NCBI RefSeq assembly: GCF_028641065.1
Contig: NC_073405.1
Location: 12,090,001-12,154,000, forward strand
DNA length: 64,000 bases
From: Leucoraja erinacea
Lineage: Eukaryota
Direction: 5' to 3'
Shown: positions 51,161 to 63,803 of the stretch, in pieces
Layout of the letters: every line of letters starts with the position of its first letter
Numbering within the stretch: the first letter of the stretch is position 1
Program-made: the position numbers and the translations under genes
Notes under the pieces: model-generated
Told to the model about the DNA's origin: nothing
Database searches by the model: none
Seen by the model: the letters and a program-made list of their open reading frames with translations, nothing else

Positions 51161-51396
51161 TGCCCCTGTCCCACTTAGGAAACCTGAACGGAAACCTCTG
51201 GAGACTTTGCGCCCCACCCAAGGTATCTGTGCGGTTCCCAGAGGTTGCAGGTGGTTGCCGGAGGTTGCAGGTAGTGGAAGCAGGTAGGGAGACTGACAAA
51301 AACCTCCGGGAACCTCCGGGAACCGCAAGGAAAACTTGGGTGGGGCGCAAAGTCTCCAGAGGTTTCCGTTCAGGTTTCCTAAGTGGGACAGGGGCT
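51161..51396. mobile_element. Fold-back PIF/Harbinger-type MITE, family C
   Basis: Perfect 61-bp TIR (51162-51222 / 51335-51395) beginning GCCCCTGTCCCAC, flanked by TAA and TTA. Confidence 0.82.
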
Positions 51397-51734
51397 TTAA
51401 TGTAAATGTAGGCATGAGAGGAACATTTCATGTCCCCATATGGCAGACATTAGACTTGGTCTATGGAACTGGTGCGCTACAATGCTAAGAACTATATTCT
51501 GCACTCTGTATCCCCTGGGCTCTACCTATTCTACTTGACTTTGTCTTGAATGTGTTTAATGTATAGTATTAGTTGATCTAATTCTATAGTTGGCCACTGG
51601 TTCAGGTATTTCATTCATATCCTGCCAATGCGAGGTGAACTTATCTGAAGTAGGGTCCTGACCCAAAATGTCACCTATCCACTTTCTCTGGATATCTGCC
51701 TTTCTTGTCCCCCATTTTTTTGGAATCTGTACAT

Positions 51735-52000
51735 TTATACTTTAGAGATACAGTACGGAAACAGGCCCTTCGGCACACCGAGTCTGCACCGACCAGCGAT
51801 CACACTGTACACTAACGCTATCCTGCACACTAGGACAATTTTACCAAAGCCAATTAAACTACAAACCTGTATGTCTTTGGAGTGTGGGAGGAAACGGAGC
51901 ACCCTGGGAAAACCCACGCAGTCACAGGGAGAATGTACCTGTAGTCAGGATCGAACCTGGGTCTCAGGCGCTGTAAGGTAGCAACTCCACCGCTGTGCCA
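51735..52000 (-). mobile_element. HE1-like V-SINE
   Basis: Tail tttagagatacag, core, B box ggatcgaacc, head ccgctgtgccac. Confidence 0.85.
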
Positions 52001-53028
52001 CATTGCATTTGATGGGTGAATATACATCATTTTCTACCAATATTAAGTGTTTGTAAGGCCAAATCAGCTCACATTACGCTAAGCTCCGTGCCCATGATGT
52101 GAAGTGTTACTTCTGATCAGACACATCAATGCAGCTGTAACAAGACTGCTATCTTCTGGATCAGTAACCTGATCCATTACATTCAGTACCTGATGAAAAG
52201 TCAGCAGCTGCCCTTGCTATTTACCAGAATAAAACCTAGTCATTTATGTGTCCTTGATAACCCTAGTGTGAGCAGAACGTAGATCCACTGAAGATATAAA
52301 TGACAGGTCTTCAAAAATAACTGACAGGAGTTTAAAAAAAATGAATATATTCATCAGGATGAATCCTAAAAGAGGATTCAAGGAAACGCAGCGGCCAATT
52401 TGAAGTGGCACTATTTGAAAATAGAACAGTACAGCACAGAAACAGGCCCTTCGGCCCACAATGTCTACGCTGAACATGACGCCAAGACAACCTCTCACCT
52501 GCCTGTAAATAATCTATATCCCTCCATTCCCTGCATATCCATGTGCCTATCTAAAAGCGTCTTAAACGCCACTATAGTATCTGCCTCCATCACCACCCTG
52601 GCAGCACATTGCAGGCACCCAACCTTGCAGCCTGCATCACAAGTGAAAGCCATCGCACATGCACGGGAACTTGTATTGGGTTATAAGTGAATATCATGTC
52701 CTTTCTGAGCTGTTTCTGTGCAGGTCCCGGAGGGAGATTAGATTTGTGTGCATAAATTATTCATTTGCAGCTTCTCACAGAAGGACAAAGCTCCCAAATG
52801 TATCCAGTTTGTCCAGGCACAAATCATCAGCTGACACGAGGAACTGCAGATGCTGGAGTCTTGGTCAAAACACAAAATGCTGGAGGAACTCGACAGGTCA
52901 GGCAGCAACTGTGAAAGGGAATGGATCGATGACATTTCAGGATGGAATCCTCCTTCAGATAATTCATTGACAGCAACTTGGTGGAAGTATATAAAATTAT
53001 GAGAGGTCGAGAGAGAGCCAGCAGCTTA

Positions 53029-53538
53029 CCAACATTCCATTAGCTTTCTTCACTGCCTGCTGTACCTGTAAGCCAACTTTCAGTGACTTGTGTACAAGGA
53101 CACCCAGATCACTCTGTACCTTCCCCTTACCTAACCTAACCCCATTGAGATAATAATCTGCCCCCTTGTTTTTGCCGCCAAAGTGGATAACCTCACGTTT
53201 ATCTATATTATACTGCATCTGCCACGCATCTGCCCACACTCAACCTGTCCAGGTCACCCTGCAACCTCCTAACATCCTCTTCACAGTTCACACTGCCATC
53301 CAGCTTTGTGTTCTCTGCAAACCTGCTAGTGTTGCTCCTAATTCCCTCTTCCAAATCATGAACATATATGGTAAGCAGTTGTGGCCGCAACACCGAGCCT
53401 TGCGGCACTCCACTCGCCACTGCCTGCCAGTCTGAGAAGGACCCGTTCACTCCTACTCTTTGCTTCAGCTCTGCAAACCAATTTTCTATCCACGTCAGCA
53501 CCCTACCCCCCAATACCATGTGCTCTAATTTTAGTCAC
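53029..53538 (-). pseudogene. CR1 LINE reverse-transcriptase internal fragment (frameshifted)
   Basis: KIRAHGIGG..WIENW..KQRVG..SGVPQGSVL..FAENTKL (a degenerate FADDTKL)..LQGDLDRL / WQMQYN..DLGVLVH..VQQAVKKANGML. Confidence 0.92.
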
Positions 53539-54994
53539 CACCTTCAAGGTAAGAGGGGCACAGTTTAAAGGAGAAGTGCGGGGCATGAAGTGGAAAGACA
53601 ATAGGATATGGAAGGAGCTGCCAGTGGAGGTAGTTGAGGCAGTACTATCACAACATTTAAAAAACATTTGGACAGTTGCATGGATAGGATAGGCTTGGAT
53701 GGATATGGGCAAAACGCAGGGAGGTAGGACCATGGGGCATGTTGGTTGTCGTGAGCAGCTTGGGCCAAAAGGCCCGTTTCCATGCTGTATGACTCAAGTA
53801 CTGTTTTACAGAGAGTGGTGGCTGCTTGTAAAATGCTGTCTGGGAAGATGGTGGAGCCAGATACTATAGTGACGTTTAATTTTTTAATAAGCATATGGAT
53901 GTGTAGGGAATGGAGGCATATGGATCACCTTCAGGCAGAGGAGATTAGTTTAACCTGGCATCATGTTCGGTACAGACATTGTGGGCTGAAGGGCCTGTTC
54001 CTGTGCTGAAGAAGGTCTCGACCGAAACGTCACCTATTCCTTTTTCCCCCAGAGATGCTGCCTGACATGTTGAGTTACTCCAGCATTTTGTGTCTGTCTT
54101 CAGTGTAAAGCAGCATCTGCGGTTCCTTCCTACACTATTACTGTGCTGCACTGTTCTACATTCTAACTTTGCTGTCGAATACTAATGGAGCTCGATGCCT
54201 GATTATCTCCGTAGAGTAGCCGCAGTAACTTGGGACAAGGACCTGACAGCAGTTCATCCACATCATAGAATCGACATCTCACATTCTGCCTCACACTGAA
54301 ATATGCCGAGTACACGTGGCTGCTATTTTTGCACAGGATATGCTAACTAAACTTGGCCCAGAAAATGAGATCTAAGTATCTGTTACAGTTTAAGCATTGA
54401 TTTAATCACTGCACTTTTAAGCATGGGATAACTTTTGAGTCTGAAGAAGGGTCCCGACCCAAAATGTCACCTATCCTTTTTCTCCACAGATACCGCCTGA
54501 CCCGCTGAGTTATTCCAGCACTTTGTGTCTATCTTTGAATTTCCTCAACTAATTTTTCATTTACTTTTTCATTTAGAGCTACTCGGCTCACCGAGTCCAC
54601 ATCAACCAGCGATCCCCGCACATTAACATTATCCTACACACACTTGGGGGAAGGAGGAAGGGTTTGGTAGGTTAGTCACATTGGACTGTTTGAATAAAAC
54701 TTTGTTTTTTTCCATGCTCTATCAGTCTGAATTTTTAGCAACGTGTGGAGTATTCACAACACTCTAAACATGCAATGGCAGGTCTAACTAACAGGAAAGG
54801 CCATTAGATGCTCACAGCAACCTGTGAGCCAATATTTATTTAAAACTAATTATGATGCAATTATGTTTGGAATTTTTCTCTTCCAATATTTCCCTTTTGT
54901 TTCAGCCTCTGAGCAAAGATCTCGTGAATGAAGCCAATGTGTCCAATACTTGTATTATGCTGAAGAGCTGATTCCATTCTGTTTCTTAATTTAG

Positions 54995-55520
54995 TACATA
55001 GAACAAAGAACAGTAGAGTACAGGAACAGGCCCTTCAGCCCACAATATCTGTGCCGAACATGATGCCAAGCTAAATGAATCTTTTTTGACTACATGTGAT
55101 CCAAATTGTTCCATTCCCTACAAGGAGTCATAGAGTGATATAGTGTGGAAGCAGGCCTTTCGGCCCAACTCGCCCACACCGCCCACCCAACAATGTCCCT
55201 GCTACACTAGTCCCACTTGCCTGCGCTTGGTCTATGTCCCTCCAAACCTGTCCTGCCCATGTACCTGTCTAATGTTTATTAAACGATAGTCCCAGCCTCA
55301 ACTGCCTCCTCTGACAACTTGTTCCATACACCCGCCACCCTTTGTGTGAAAAAGTTACCCCTCGGGTTCCTATTAAATCTTTTCCCCTTCACCTTGGACC
55401 TGTCGTCTGATCCTCGATTCCCATACTCTGGGCAAGAGACTACCCAGTCTCTTCCTCTCATGATTTTGTACACCTCTATAAGATCACTCCTCATACTCCT
55501 GCGCTCCATGGAATAGAGAC
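54995..55520 (-). mobile_element. CR1-like LINE 3' fragments
   Basis: GLYSMERRSMRSDLIEVYKIMRG..RGNFFTQRVAGVWNKL, plus two tails. Confidence 0.85.
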
Positions 55521-57324
55521 CCATTTGATACGTATATATAATTATAAGAGGTGTTGGTAAGTTAGGCAATCAGAACCTTTTACCCCCAGGGTGGAAACAT
55601 CAAGGGCATAGCTTGAAGGCGAGAGGGGAAAGAATTAAAAGATTTAACAAAGTAAGTCTTTCTTACATCACAAAGCACAAAAATTATTGAATCAACCTAC
55701 AGACCTAATTTTTAATGCAACTTAAAAACAGTCCAAACCAATTGTGAGTGGGTATCACAAATGCAGTAATTCATATTTTGTGCTTTTGTTTAATTGTTGG
55801 AGCAGTTCAAATATGAATTTTATACATTTACTCGTGCTATCCCAGCAATCTGTTCTTGATCCAAACTACAAAAGTAAACCATCCTTGCAGCAACTCAGTA
55901 CGTTAGATAAGTTCCATTTCATTTCCCAAATCTGTGCCAATGTTTTTATGTTTGAATACTTAACTGGGAAGTATGAATGTGTACATTACAACCAGTCCTG
56001 GTCATACAGCATGGAAACAGGCCCCCCATGCCGACCTGGTTGCCTCTAACTATGCTGGTCGCACCATATTCCTCCAAATCGATCCAATCTACCTACCCAT
56101 TCCGAGTACCTTTTAAATGTCACAATTGCCTCTACCCACCCACCTCTACCACTTCATTCCACAGACCCACCCAAACTTTTCCCCTTAGGACCCTTTTATA
56201 TCTTTCCCCTCTCACCCTTCCCCATGTCCTCTACATTCAGACTCGCCTACCGTTGGGAAAAAGACGGTGTCTATTCACACTACCTGTGCCCCTCATGGTT
56301 TTATCATAGATAAATAGCAGGTAGGGGCAACTTTCTCATTCAAAGGGTGGTGGGTATATGGCACTAGATGTCAGAGGAGGTAGTTGAGGCAGGTACTAGA
56401 ATAGCATTTAAAAGATATTTGGGCAGGTTGGAAGGGTTTAGAGGGCTCTGGGCCAAATGTGGGTAAATGGGACTAGCGTAGATGGGGCATTTTGGTTGAC
56501 ACAGATGACTTGGGCCGAAGGGTCTGTTTCCTTGCTGCATGACTCTATGCATAGCAAGTTGCAAAGGCCAGTCCCTAATCACAAGGCAACAACAACAGTG
56601 TATCTGTGACAGCTGTAAGTGCTATCAGGACACAGATGGACTGTTACGTAGGGCAGCGTGTTAGTTCCAAGGTGCCAGGGAGGTTACTGGTCGATTGCTA
56701 CAGTTCAATGCTATTACAGCTCAGAGAGCAAATCCCAGGAATGTCTGCCACTCAAATCCATCTGCTTGCGTTGTGAATGAGCCTCGTCCGTCTCGAGTGT
56801 AAACCTAGTGCCGGATCCCACACCGGGCTAGTCCGGACTGACACAGTTGGACTGCCACACTCCATTCCTCCGTATTCCAGACGCAACTCCTGCCTGGCTT
56901 TCAAACTGCGGAATCCGAAGGGAAACAAACGAGGCCTGCGCAGGAGGAATTAGAAAATAAAGAACTTGGCCATTCAGGATTAGAATAAAGTAAAACAAAA
57001 AAAAAGTCTCGAGAACCTGCCAGCCAATTTATATTTTCCACGAACTAAAATATTTATCTTACTTTGAGAGACTACAGATGGAGATTAACACATTTGATTT
57101 CCAGGATGGTATCCAATCATCTTGTCCAGTTAAAGGAAGGCTTCAAGTGCCAAAGCTATTTATTATTTTCCAGAGGCATTCCATAGTCTAGGGATTAACT
57201 ATTAACCTGCAGTCTGCATGTTTGTAACCATAGCTAACGGCTGTGATACTGATTTTAATGGAGTCATGATTGTTCGAAGGGACTTTGCAAAATTAGCCAT
57301 TAGTCTGAAGATATCCAATTTTTT

Positions 57325-57366
57325 GTTGTTGATTTCTCTAATTTCAAGCAACCCCAGCATTCTCCC

Positions 57367-57403
<37 letters not shown>

Positions 57404-57640
57404 ACCCTAGTTGTCCTACTAGTCCCACTGTACGCATCCTTGCATCCCTTTCTTATCACCTCTTCCCCAGCCAACAATGGGCCATTATGGGCAGCACCCC
57501 TTCCTTGGCCATCTGTTGCTGACCCTGCCTTGTTCTGGACGTTTTTTTACCTCCTGTTCCCTCCACTCTACTCTCAGTCTGAAGAAGGGTCTCGACCCGA
57601 AACATGCCTTTTCTCCAGAGATGCCATCTAACCCGTTGAG
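57325..57640 (+). mobile_element. PLE 3' end with poly-C, interrupted by a MITE
   Basis: gttgatttctctaatttcaag, poly-C at ~57368-57403, ctgaagaagggtctcgacccgaaac at 57579. The terminus resumes at 58042. Confidence 0.75.
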
Positions 57641-57643
57641 TAA

Positions 57644-58041
57644 AGGGCCTGTCCCACGAGCATGCGACTGCATGCAGCAAGCGCGACCAAACCGGAGGCG
57701 GGGGCCGCGCGGAGGTCGAGTGATCCCGTACAAGTTGACGTGAAGTTCGAGCAAAGTCCGCAGGAAGTTTGCGCGTGACGTATGGCGTCAAGACGCTGCG
57801 CACGCCCGTCGAGGTGGTGCGTACGGCCTCAATGTGGCTGCAGGCCGGCAGGCCGTTGCTGCGCGGAATTTTTGGACAGTGTCAGTTTTTCGGAGCCCCG
57901 CACGATGTTGGGACCAGCTCCGCACAACTCCATACAGCTCCGGCGATCGAAGTGGGACCGGCCCCGCGAGGCCGTACGGCTCAAGCGACCACGTTAGGTC
58001 GCGCTTGCCGCATGCAGTCGCATGCTCGTGGGACAGGCCCT
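57644..58041. mobile_element. PIF/Harbinger-type MITE, family A (second copy)
   Basis: Same TIR and much of the same interior as 40581-40943. Flanked by TAA/TTA inside the host sequence gag-tta-ctcc. Very CpG-rich. Confidence 0.82.
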
Positions 58042-59439
58042 TTACTCCAACACTTTGTGTCCATCTAAACATCCAAACTCTATAGATGTTTCTTTTTAGA
58101 ATGGAAATGTCAAAGTACTTCCATTAGATCACATAGTGGTATAATTTTAAAAGTTCTCATCTGGAATGCACATTTTATTTCTTAGCGTTGTGATCACATT
58201 GGGTTAACTATGATTCTAGTTCATGCCATATTTTTTTGATGAAAATATGTTCTGTTATGGCTCTGTATGCCAACATAATAAAAGTCAAAATATGTTCTTT
58301 TCCTGTTTCATTAGAACTACTGCCATCTGTTCCCTGGTCTTCATCAGTCTAAAATAATAATGTTAAACTCCGATCCTCGGTTTCTAAGTAAGGAGTTAAC
58401 GTCATTACCACGAAATACAGAAAACAGGAGGAGTTCGCCATTTGACCCTTGTAGTCTGGTCTACCATTCACTGGGATGTTGAGGCTTTGAAGGGGATGCA
58501 GAGAGGTTTACAAAATGTTGCCGGGATTAGAGGGTATTAGCTACAAGTAGAGGGCGTTTTCTCTGGAGCATCAGAGACTGAGGGGAGACATATAAAATAT
58601 GTAGAAATATAAAATAATGGGAAGCATAGGTGGGATAGACACCCCAAACCTTTTGTCCCCAGGCTGCAAATGTCAAAGACTAGTCATAGCTTTGAGATTA
58701 GAAAGGGAAAGTTTAAAGCAGTTGTGTGCGAGGCAAGTTTTTTTTTGACATGCTGTCAGGGATTGTGGTGGAGGCAGATATGAGAGTGAACTTTAAGGGG
58801 CACATGGATATGCAGGGAATAGTGGATCACATGCAGGAAGAGGAGATTAGTTTAACGGCGTCATGTTCAGCATGGACATTAAAGGATGTCGAGGCTGTTC
58901 TGTGTAGTGTTCTAGGTTCCATTTCCTATGATCACCCAAACCCAGCCCTGTTGAAGTTCCCCCTTCACCCCAACCCTCCCCCTTGCCCAATATTTTATGA
59001 ACCCTTCTAATCTGAAGAACTCGCTTTACAGAAATTAATACCAAGTCTGCAGAAGGGTCTTGACCCGAAACGTCGCCCATTTCTTCTATCCAGAGATGCT
59101 GCCTGTCCCACTGAGTTACTCCAGCATTTTGTGTCTATCTTCTTTTAATACTACCAAGCTTCACTTCAATACAACCATTCATTTGCTAAATGCTTTCACA
59201 AATCTTGATACCATCAATGCTAATTTGCCTTCTAATGCTGGACTTACAGTAGGTACAGGCCTTTTGCCTCATAAGAGGCAGGCCCCAATGAATTCTGGCA
59301 AAGATCTCAAATGCCAAAAAATTGCTGGAATTACAGGTCATTTTCATGGGAATTTTCTAGTCCAATATGAAAATTACATCACAATGAACCAATAATGCCT
59401 TGCACTCTTAATCAGCAACTGGCATTGTAAACCATTCAG

Positions 59440-59705
59440 AGCGGCACAGTGGCGCAGCGGTAGAGTTGCTGCCTTACAGCTCCAGAGACACAAGTTCAAT
59501 CCTGACTACCGCCGCTGTTTGCACATCCTCCTGGTGCTCCGTTTTCTGCGACATGCCAAAGATGTGCAGGTTTGCAGGTTAATTGGCTTCTGAAAAATAT
59601 TCCTTAATGTGTAGGATAGAACTAATGTATGGGTGATCATTGGTCGGCATGAACTCGGTGGGCCGAAGGGCCTGTTTCCACACCGTATATCTAAAATAAA
59701 CTAAA
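59440..59705 (+). mobile_element. HE1-like V-SINE
   Basis: gcggcacagtggcgcagcggtagagttgctgcc head, agttcaatcc B-box variant, tail. Confidence 0.85.
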
Positions 59706-60139
59706 TACTGCTGCCTTTTTAGCAATTTTTATTTATCCTTCTGAAATTGTAAGTTAATCATTTTCATTAACTTTGCTTATAATAGTGGTAAGATGTGATT
59801 TGATGCCCCACCTGGCAGGGGAGTTTAAACATAGCACAAAAAAATCCAGTGCATAGTTGATTATCCGCAAGCATAGATTACTTTAAAAAGTACAGTCACA
59901 TGACTGGCAAAGTTGCAAAACCGCTGAAAGAGAAAATAGGATTTAAAAATTATTTGCATCAGCTGCAATGAACTCTTAAGATTAAAACCAAAACTCCAGC
60001 CTTCTTGAAGTCCAGACAGCTGACATTTGTTGAACAACGCATACAGTCAAGAGATTGATAGGTTTTGTAGTACCTGGGGATTCTTAGCAAACCACGGCCT
60101 ACAACAAGCCAGCTGCTGGTTTACTTTCTGAATGGAAAA

Positions 60140-60640
60140 TGAACAAGTTTGAAGATGACATGAAAATAGGTGATATAGAAGATAGTGAAGATGGTTGCCA
60201 AGAATTACAGCAGATATTGATTTGATGGGCAAGTGTGCAAAGGAATGGCAAACAGAGTTTAATTCAGATAAGTGCGAGGAGTTGCATTTTGCAAACCAAG
60301 GCAGGAGCTTCACAGTGAACGGTAGGGCCCTGGAGTGTTGTAGAGCAGAGAGATCTAGAAATAGAAGTATTTAGTCACATAGATACACACATGGAGATAC
60401 AGGGAATGGAGAGACACGGATCTCATGCAGTAAGGGGAGATTAATTTAACTTGGCATTATGTAGGGCACTGGGGAGTATTGTAGAGCAATATATAGTCAT
60501 TTGTTTAGGAACATGGTTATGCAGGGAATGGATATGGATCACGTGCAGGCTGAAGAGGTTAGTTTAACTTGGCATCATGTTTGGCATGGACATTGTGGGC
60601 CGAAGGCCCTGTTCCTGTGCTGTACTGTTTTATAATCTAC
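60140..60640 (+). mobile_element. CR1 RT fragment joined to a duplicated CR1 tail
   Basis: KFEDDMKIGDIEDSEDGCQELQ..WQTEFNSDKCEELHF, then the tail. Confidence 0.75.
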
Positions 60641-62612
60641 GCAGAAAAATAAGATGGAGCAAGGTGTCTGTTCCTAAAAGCATCTTAATTATGCCGCTTG
60701 AGGATCTTGAGGATTAACCCAGAAGCTGCAGATACGGATGAAATGTTAGCAATGTTGTACCATGGCATTAAAGCACATCTAGGTCAAATTACTGCCAGTG
60801 GAAATGGAGGGCCGAGCAGGTCCAGCAAAGTTCTGGACTTTAAAAACAATATTATTAAAATATATTACACTCACTAACCAACATTACTGCTTCATCTCAG
60901 TATTTTCGAATGAAGGTCAAGTTAGATATTAAAATAGAACATAGAATGGAACAACACAGGAACAGGCCCTTCGGCCCACAATATCCATGCCGAGCATGAT
61001 GCCAAGATTAACTCATCTCCTCTGCCTGCATGTGATCCATATCCATCCATTCCCTGCATTTCCATGTCCCTATCTAAAAGCTTCTGAAACGGAAAATGGA
61101 AAGGTTTCGTTCAACAAGATTTTTCAGGTTAGTGGAGTAAATAAACTGTAACATTTTTTCATGTCGGATGGAGTAGAGCTGGTTTCACAAAGCTTTGCGT
61201 GGGAGTAGATGCTGCTATTTGATATCATGCTAATGAAAGGACCTTATAACTACTTGACAGTCTTTTCCATTGTGCATTAACTGATCAACCCCCCTCATCC
61301 AAAACATGACAGAGTTACATAGAGCTCAAGGAATCAAGGGATATGGGGAGAAAGCAGGCACGGGTTACAGATTGTGGATGATCAGCCATGATCACAATGA
61401 ATGGCGGTGCAAGGCTACAAGGGCCAAATGGCCTCCTCCTGCACCTATTTTCTATGTTTCTATGCTGTGTGGTGGAGACACAGGTGACTGCAGATGATAT
61501 AATTCTCAGCAAAATGCAAAGTTCTGGAGAAACTCAGCGGGTCAGGCAACATCTTGGGAGGAAATGGACAGATGAGGTTTTGGGTCAGTATGGACTGAGG
61601 CTGTACAATGCAGAGAACTATATTCTGCATTCTGTATCTTCCCCTTTGCTCTATCTATTGTACTTGAGGTTGACTTTCTTGTGTCTATGTATGGGATATC
61701 TGATCTGTTTAGAGAACATGCAAAGCAATATTTCACTGCACATAACGCGTAGCAATACTCGGTATAATAATAAATCTAAACCTAAACCCTCCTGAGTTAT
61801 TCCAGCACTTTGTGTTCTGCTGTATGTTGTCTTGTACTCCCACACCCACATAGCTATTGACCTGGGATCCTCTCCCTTAGTTCATCTTTCCTAACCCCTC
61901 CCCACCTGATTCCATGCCCATTGTTCTCCCCTCCCATCCCTTATTGTTTCACCTATCAGCCACCGTCTTCACTCTCCTCCCTTCTTCTCCTCACCTGGCT
62001 CCATCCGCAATTATTTAATTTTACCCGTTTCCACCTATCACCCACCAGCTTGTCTCACCCCCCCCCCACCCCAGACACAGACAATCTCCTCTCTACTCTC
62101 CTAGTTCTGATTTAGAGACTCGGCCTGAAATGTTGAATGCCCCATTGCCTCCATGGATGCTGCTCGACCTGTTGGTTCTTTCCACAGTTTGTTTTAAGCT
62201 CCAGTGCACAAGAGAGTTGCTCTTTCAACAGTGCTATAAAAAACTGCTAGGGCCTTGAAATACCAGCTAAGCATAACCTCAATATTTCACCATTTACGAA
62301 AACCAGCTCAATTCATATCAAACTACTGAACCATCGTTCCATGAGCTAGAGCGTAGCCCCAATCTTCCAACCAACCTCATTTAGCACCTTACACTTCTTT
62401 TAAATCAGCACTTTCTCTGTAACTATAACGTTGAAACACTTTATTCTTCACTCAAATATTTTTCTCTTTGCATCACCTATTGTACTTGATTGTACTCATG
62501 TAATCACATATAATATGGCATGATTGTACTTATGTATAGTATGATTTGAATAGCAAGCAAACAAATCTTTTAGCTGTATCCCGATATACGTGCCAAGCTG
62601 AAATATATCACA

Positions 62613-63640
62613 ACCCGCAGTTTGCATATTGGGCCAATAGATCGGTGGATCACGCAGTCAATCTAGGTCTACACTTCATCCTCCAGCACCTAGACTGCCA
62701 GGGGATCTATGCAAGGATTTTGTTTGTTGATTTTAGCTCTGCATTCAACACCATTGTGCCAAGTTGACTGTACCTGAACCCCTCTGTCAGTGGATCACCA
62801 ACTTCCTGACAAACAGGAAGCAACGTGTGAGGCTGGGCATTCACATCTCGGACACGCAGACCCTCAGCATAGGAGCGCCGCAAGGTTGCGTACTCTCCCC
62901 TCTCCTTTACTCTCTCTACACCAACGACTGCACCTCCACAGACTCCTCTGTCAAGCTTCTCAAGTTTGCGGACGACACAACCCTGATTGGGCTGATCCAG
63001 GATGGGGAGCAATCTGCCTACAGACTGGATGTGTCACAGCTGGCATCCTGGTGCCTTCGTAACAACCTTAACAATGGGGGGGCCACCATCAACTCCACGG
63101 TCAAAAAGGCCCAACAGAGGATGTACTTCCTGCGGCAGCTGAGGAAACACAATCTGCCACAGGTAATGATGGTCCAATTCTATACTGCCATCATAGAGTC
63201 TGTCCTCACCTTCTCCATCATGGTCTTGCTCAGCCACCAAGCACGACATCCGGAGGCTGCAGCGAATCGTCCGATCAGCTGAGAAGGTTGTTGGCTGCAA
63301 CTTTCCCCCCCATTAATGGACTGTACACTGCAAGCGAGTGGGTAAGATCATCTCTGACCCCTCTCACCTTGGATACAAACTCTTTGAAGCACTTCCCTCT
63401 GGAAGGCGACTCCAGACTGTCAAAGCCGCCACAACCAGACATAAAACAGCTTTTTTCCCCACGAGATGTAACTCTACTCAATAACCAAAAGTCTGTAGCC
63501 TCATTTTGCTCTGGTATTTTATTTAATTCACATGTTTATTGTATAATGTGTTCTTTTTATTCGTATGGCTGTATGGTAATTCAAATCTCACTGTACCAAT
63601 TGGTGCATGTGATAATAAATGTCTCTTGAATCTGGAATCG
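62613..63640 (+). pseudogene. Rex1/Babar LINE reverse-transcriptase remnant with internal deletions and a 3' tail
   Basis: [27 protein letters not shown] / [61 protein letters not shown]. Contains frameshifts. Tail cactgtacc..gtgataataaa. Confidence 0.92.
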
Positions 63641-63649
63641 AATCTCTCT

Positions 63650-63803
63650 TAAACTGTAATGTTTTATTATAAATTTTTCATGTTTTATGTGTCATTCTTA
63701 ATTGTTACTGTATGTCGTGTTGTTACTTGCGAGTGGAGCACCAAGGCAAATTCCTTGTATGTATACATACTTGGCCAATAAACTTATTCATTCATTCATT
63801 CAT
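63650..63803 (+). mobile_element. LINE 3' tail with (attc)n, Rex1-type
   Basis: ggcaaattccttgtatgtatacatacttggccaataaa followed by ttcattcattcattcat. Confidence 0.65.

Noticed and set aside
62764-63282. Intact or domesticated reverse transcriptase gene
   Set aside because: 5'-truncated, frameshifted and internally deleted, so a dead LINE copy.
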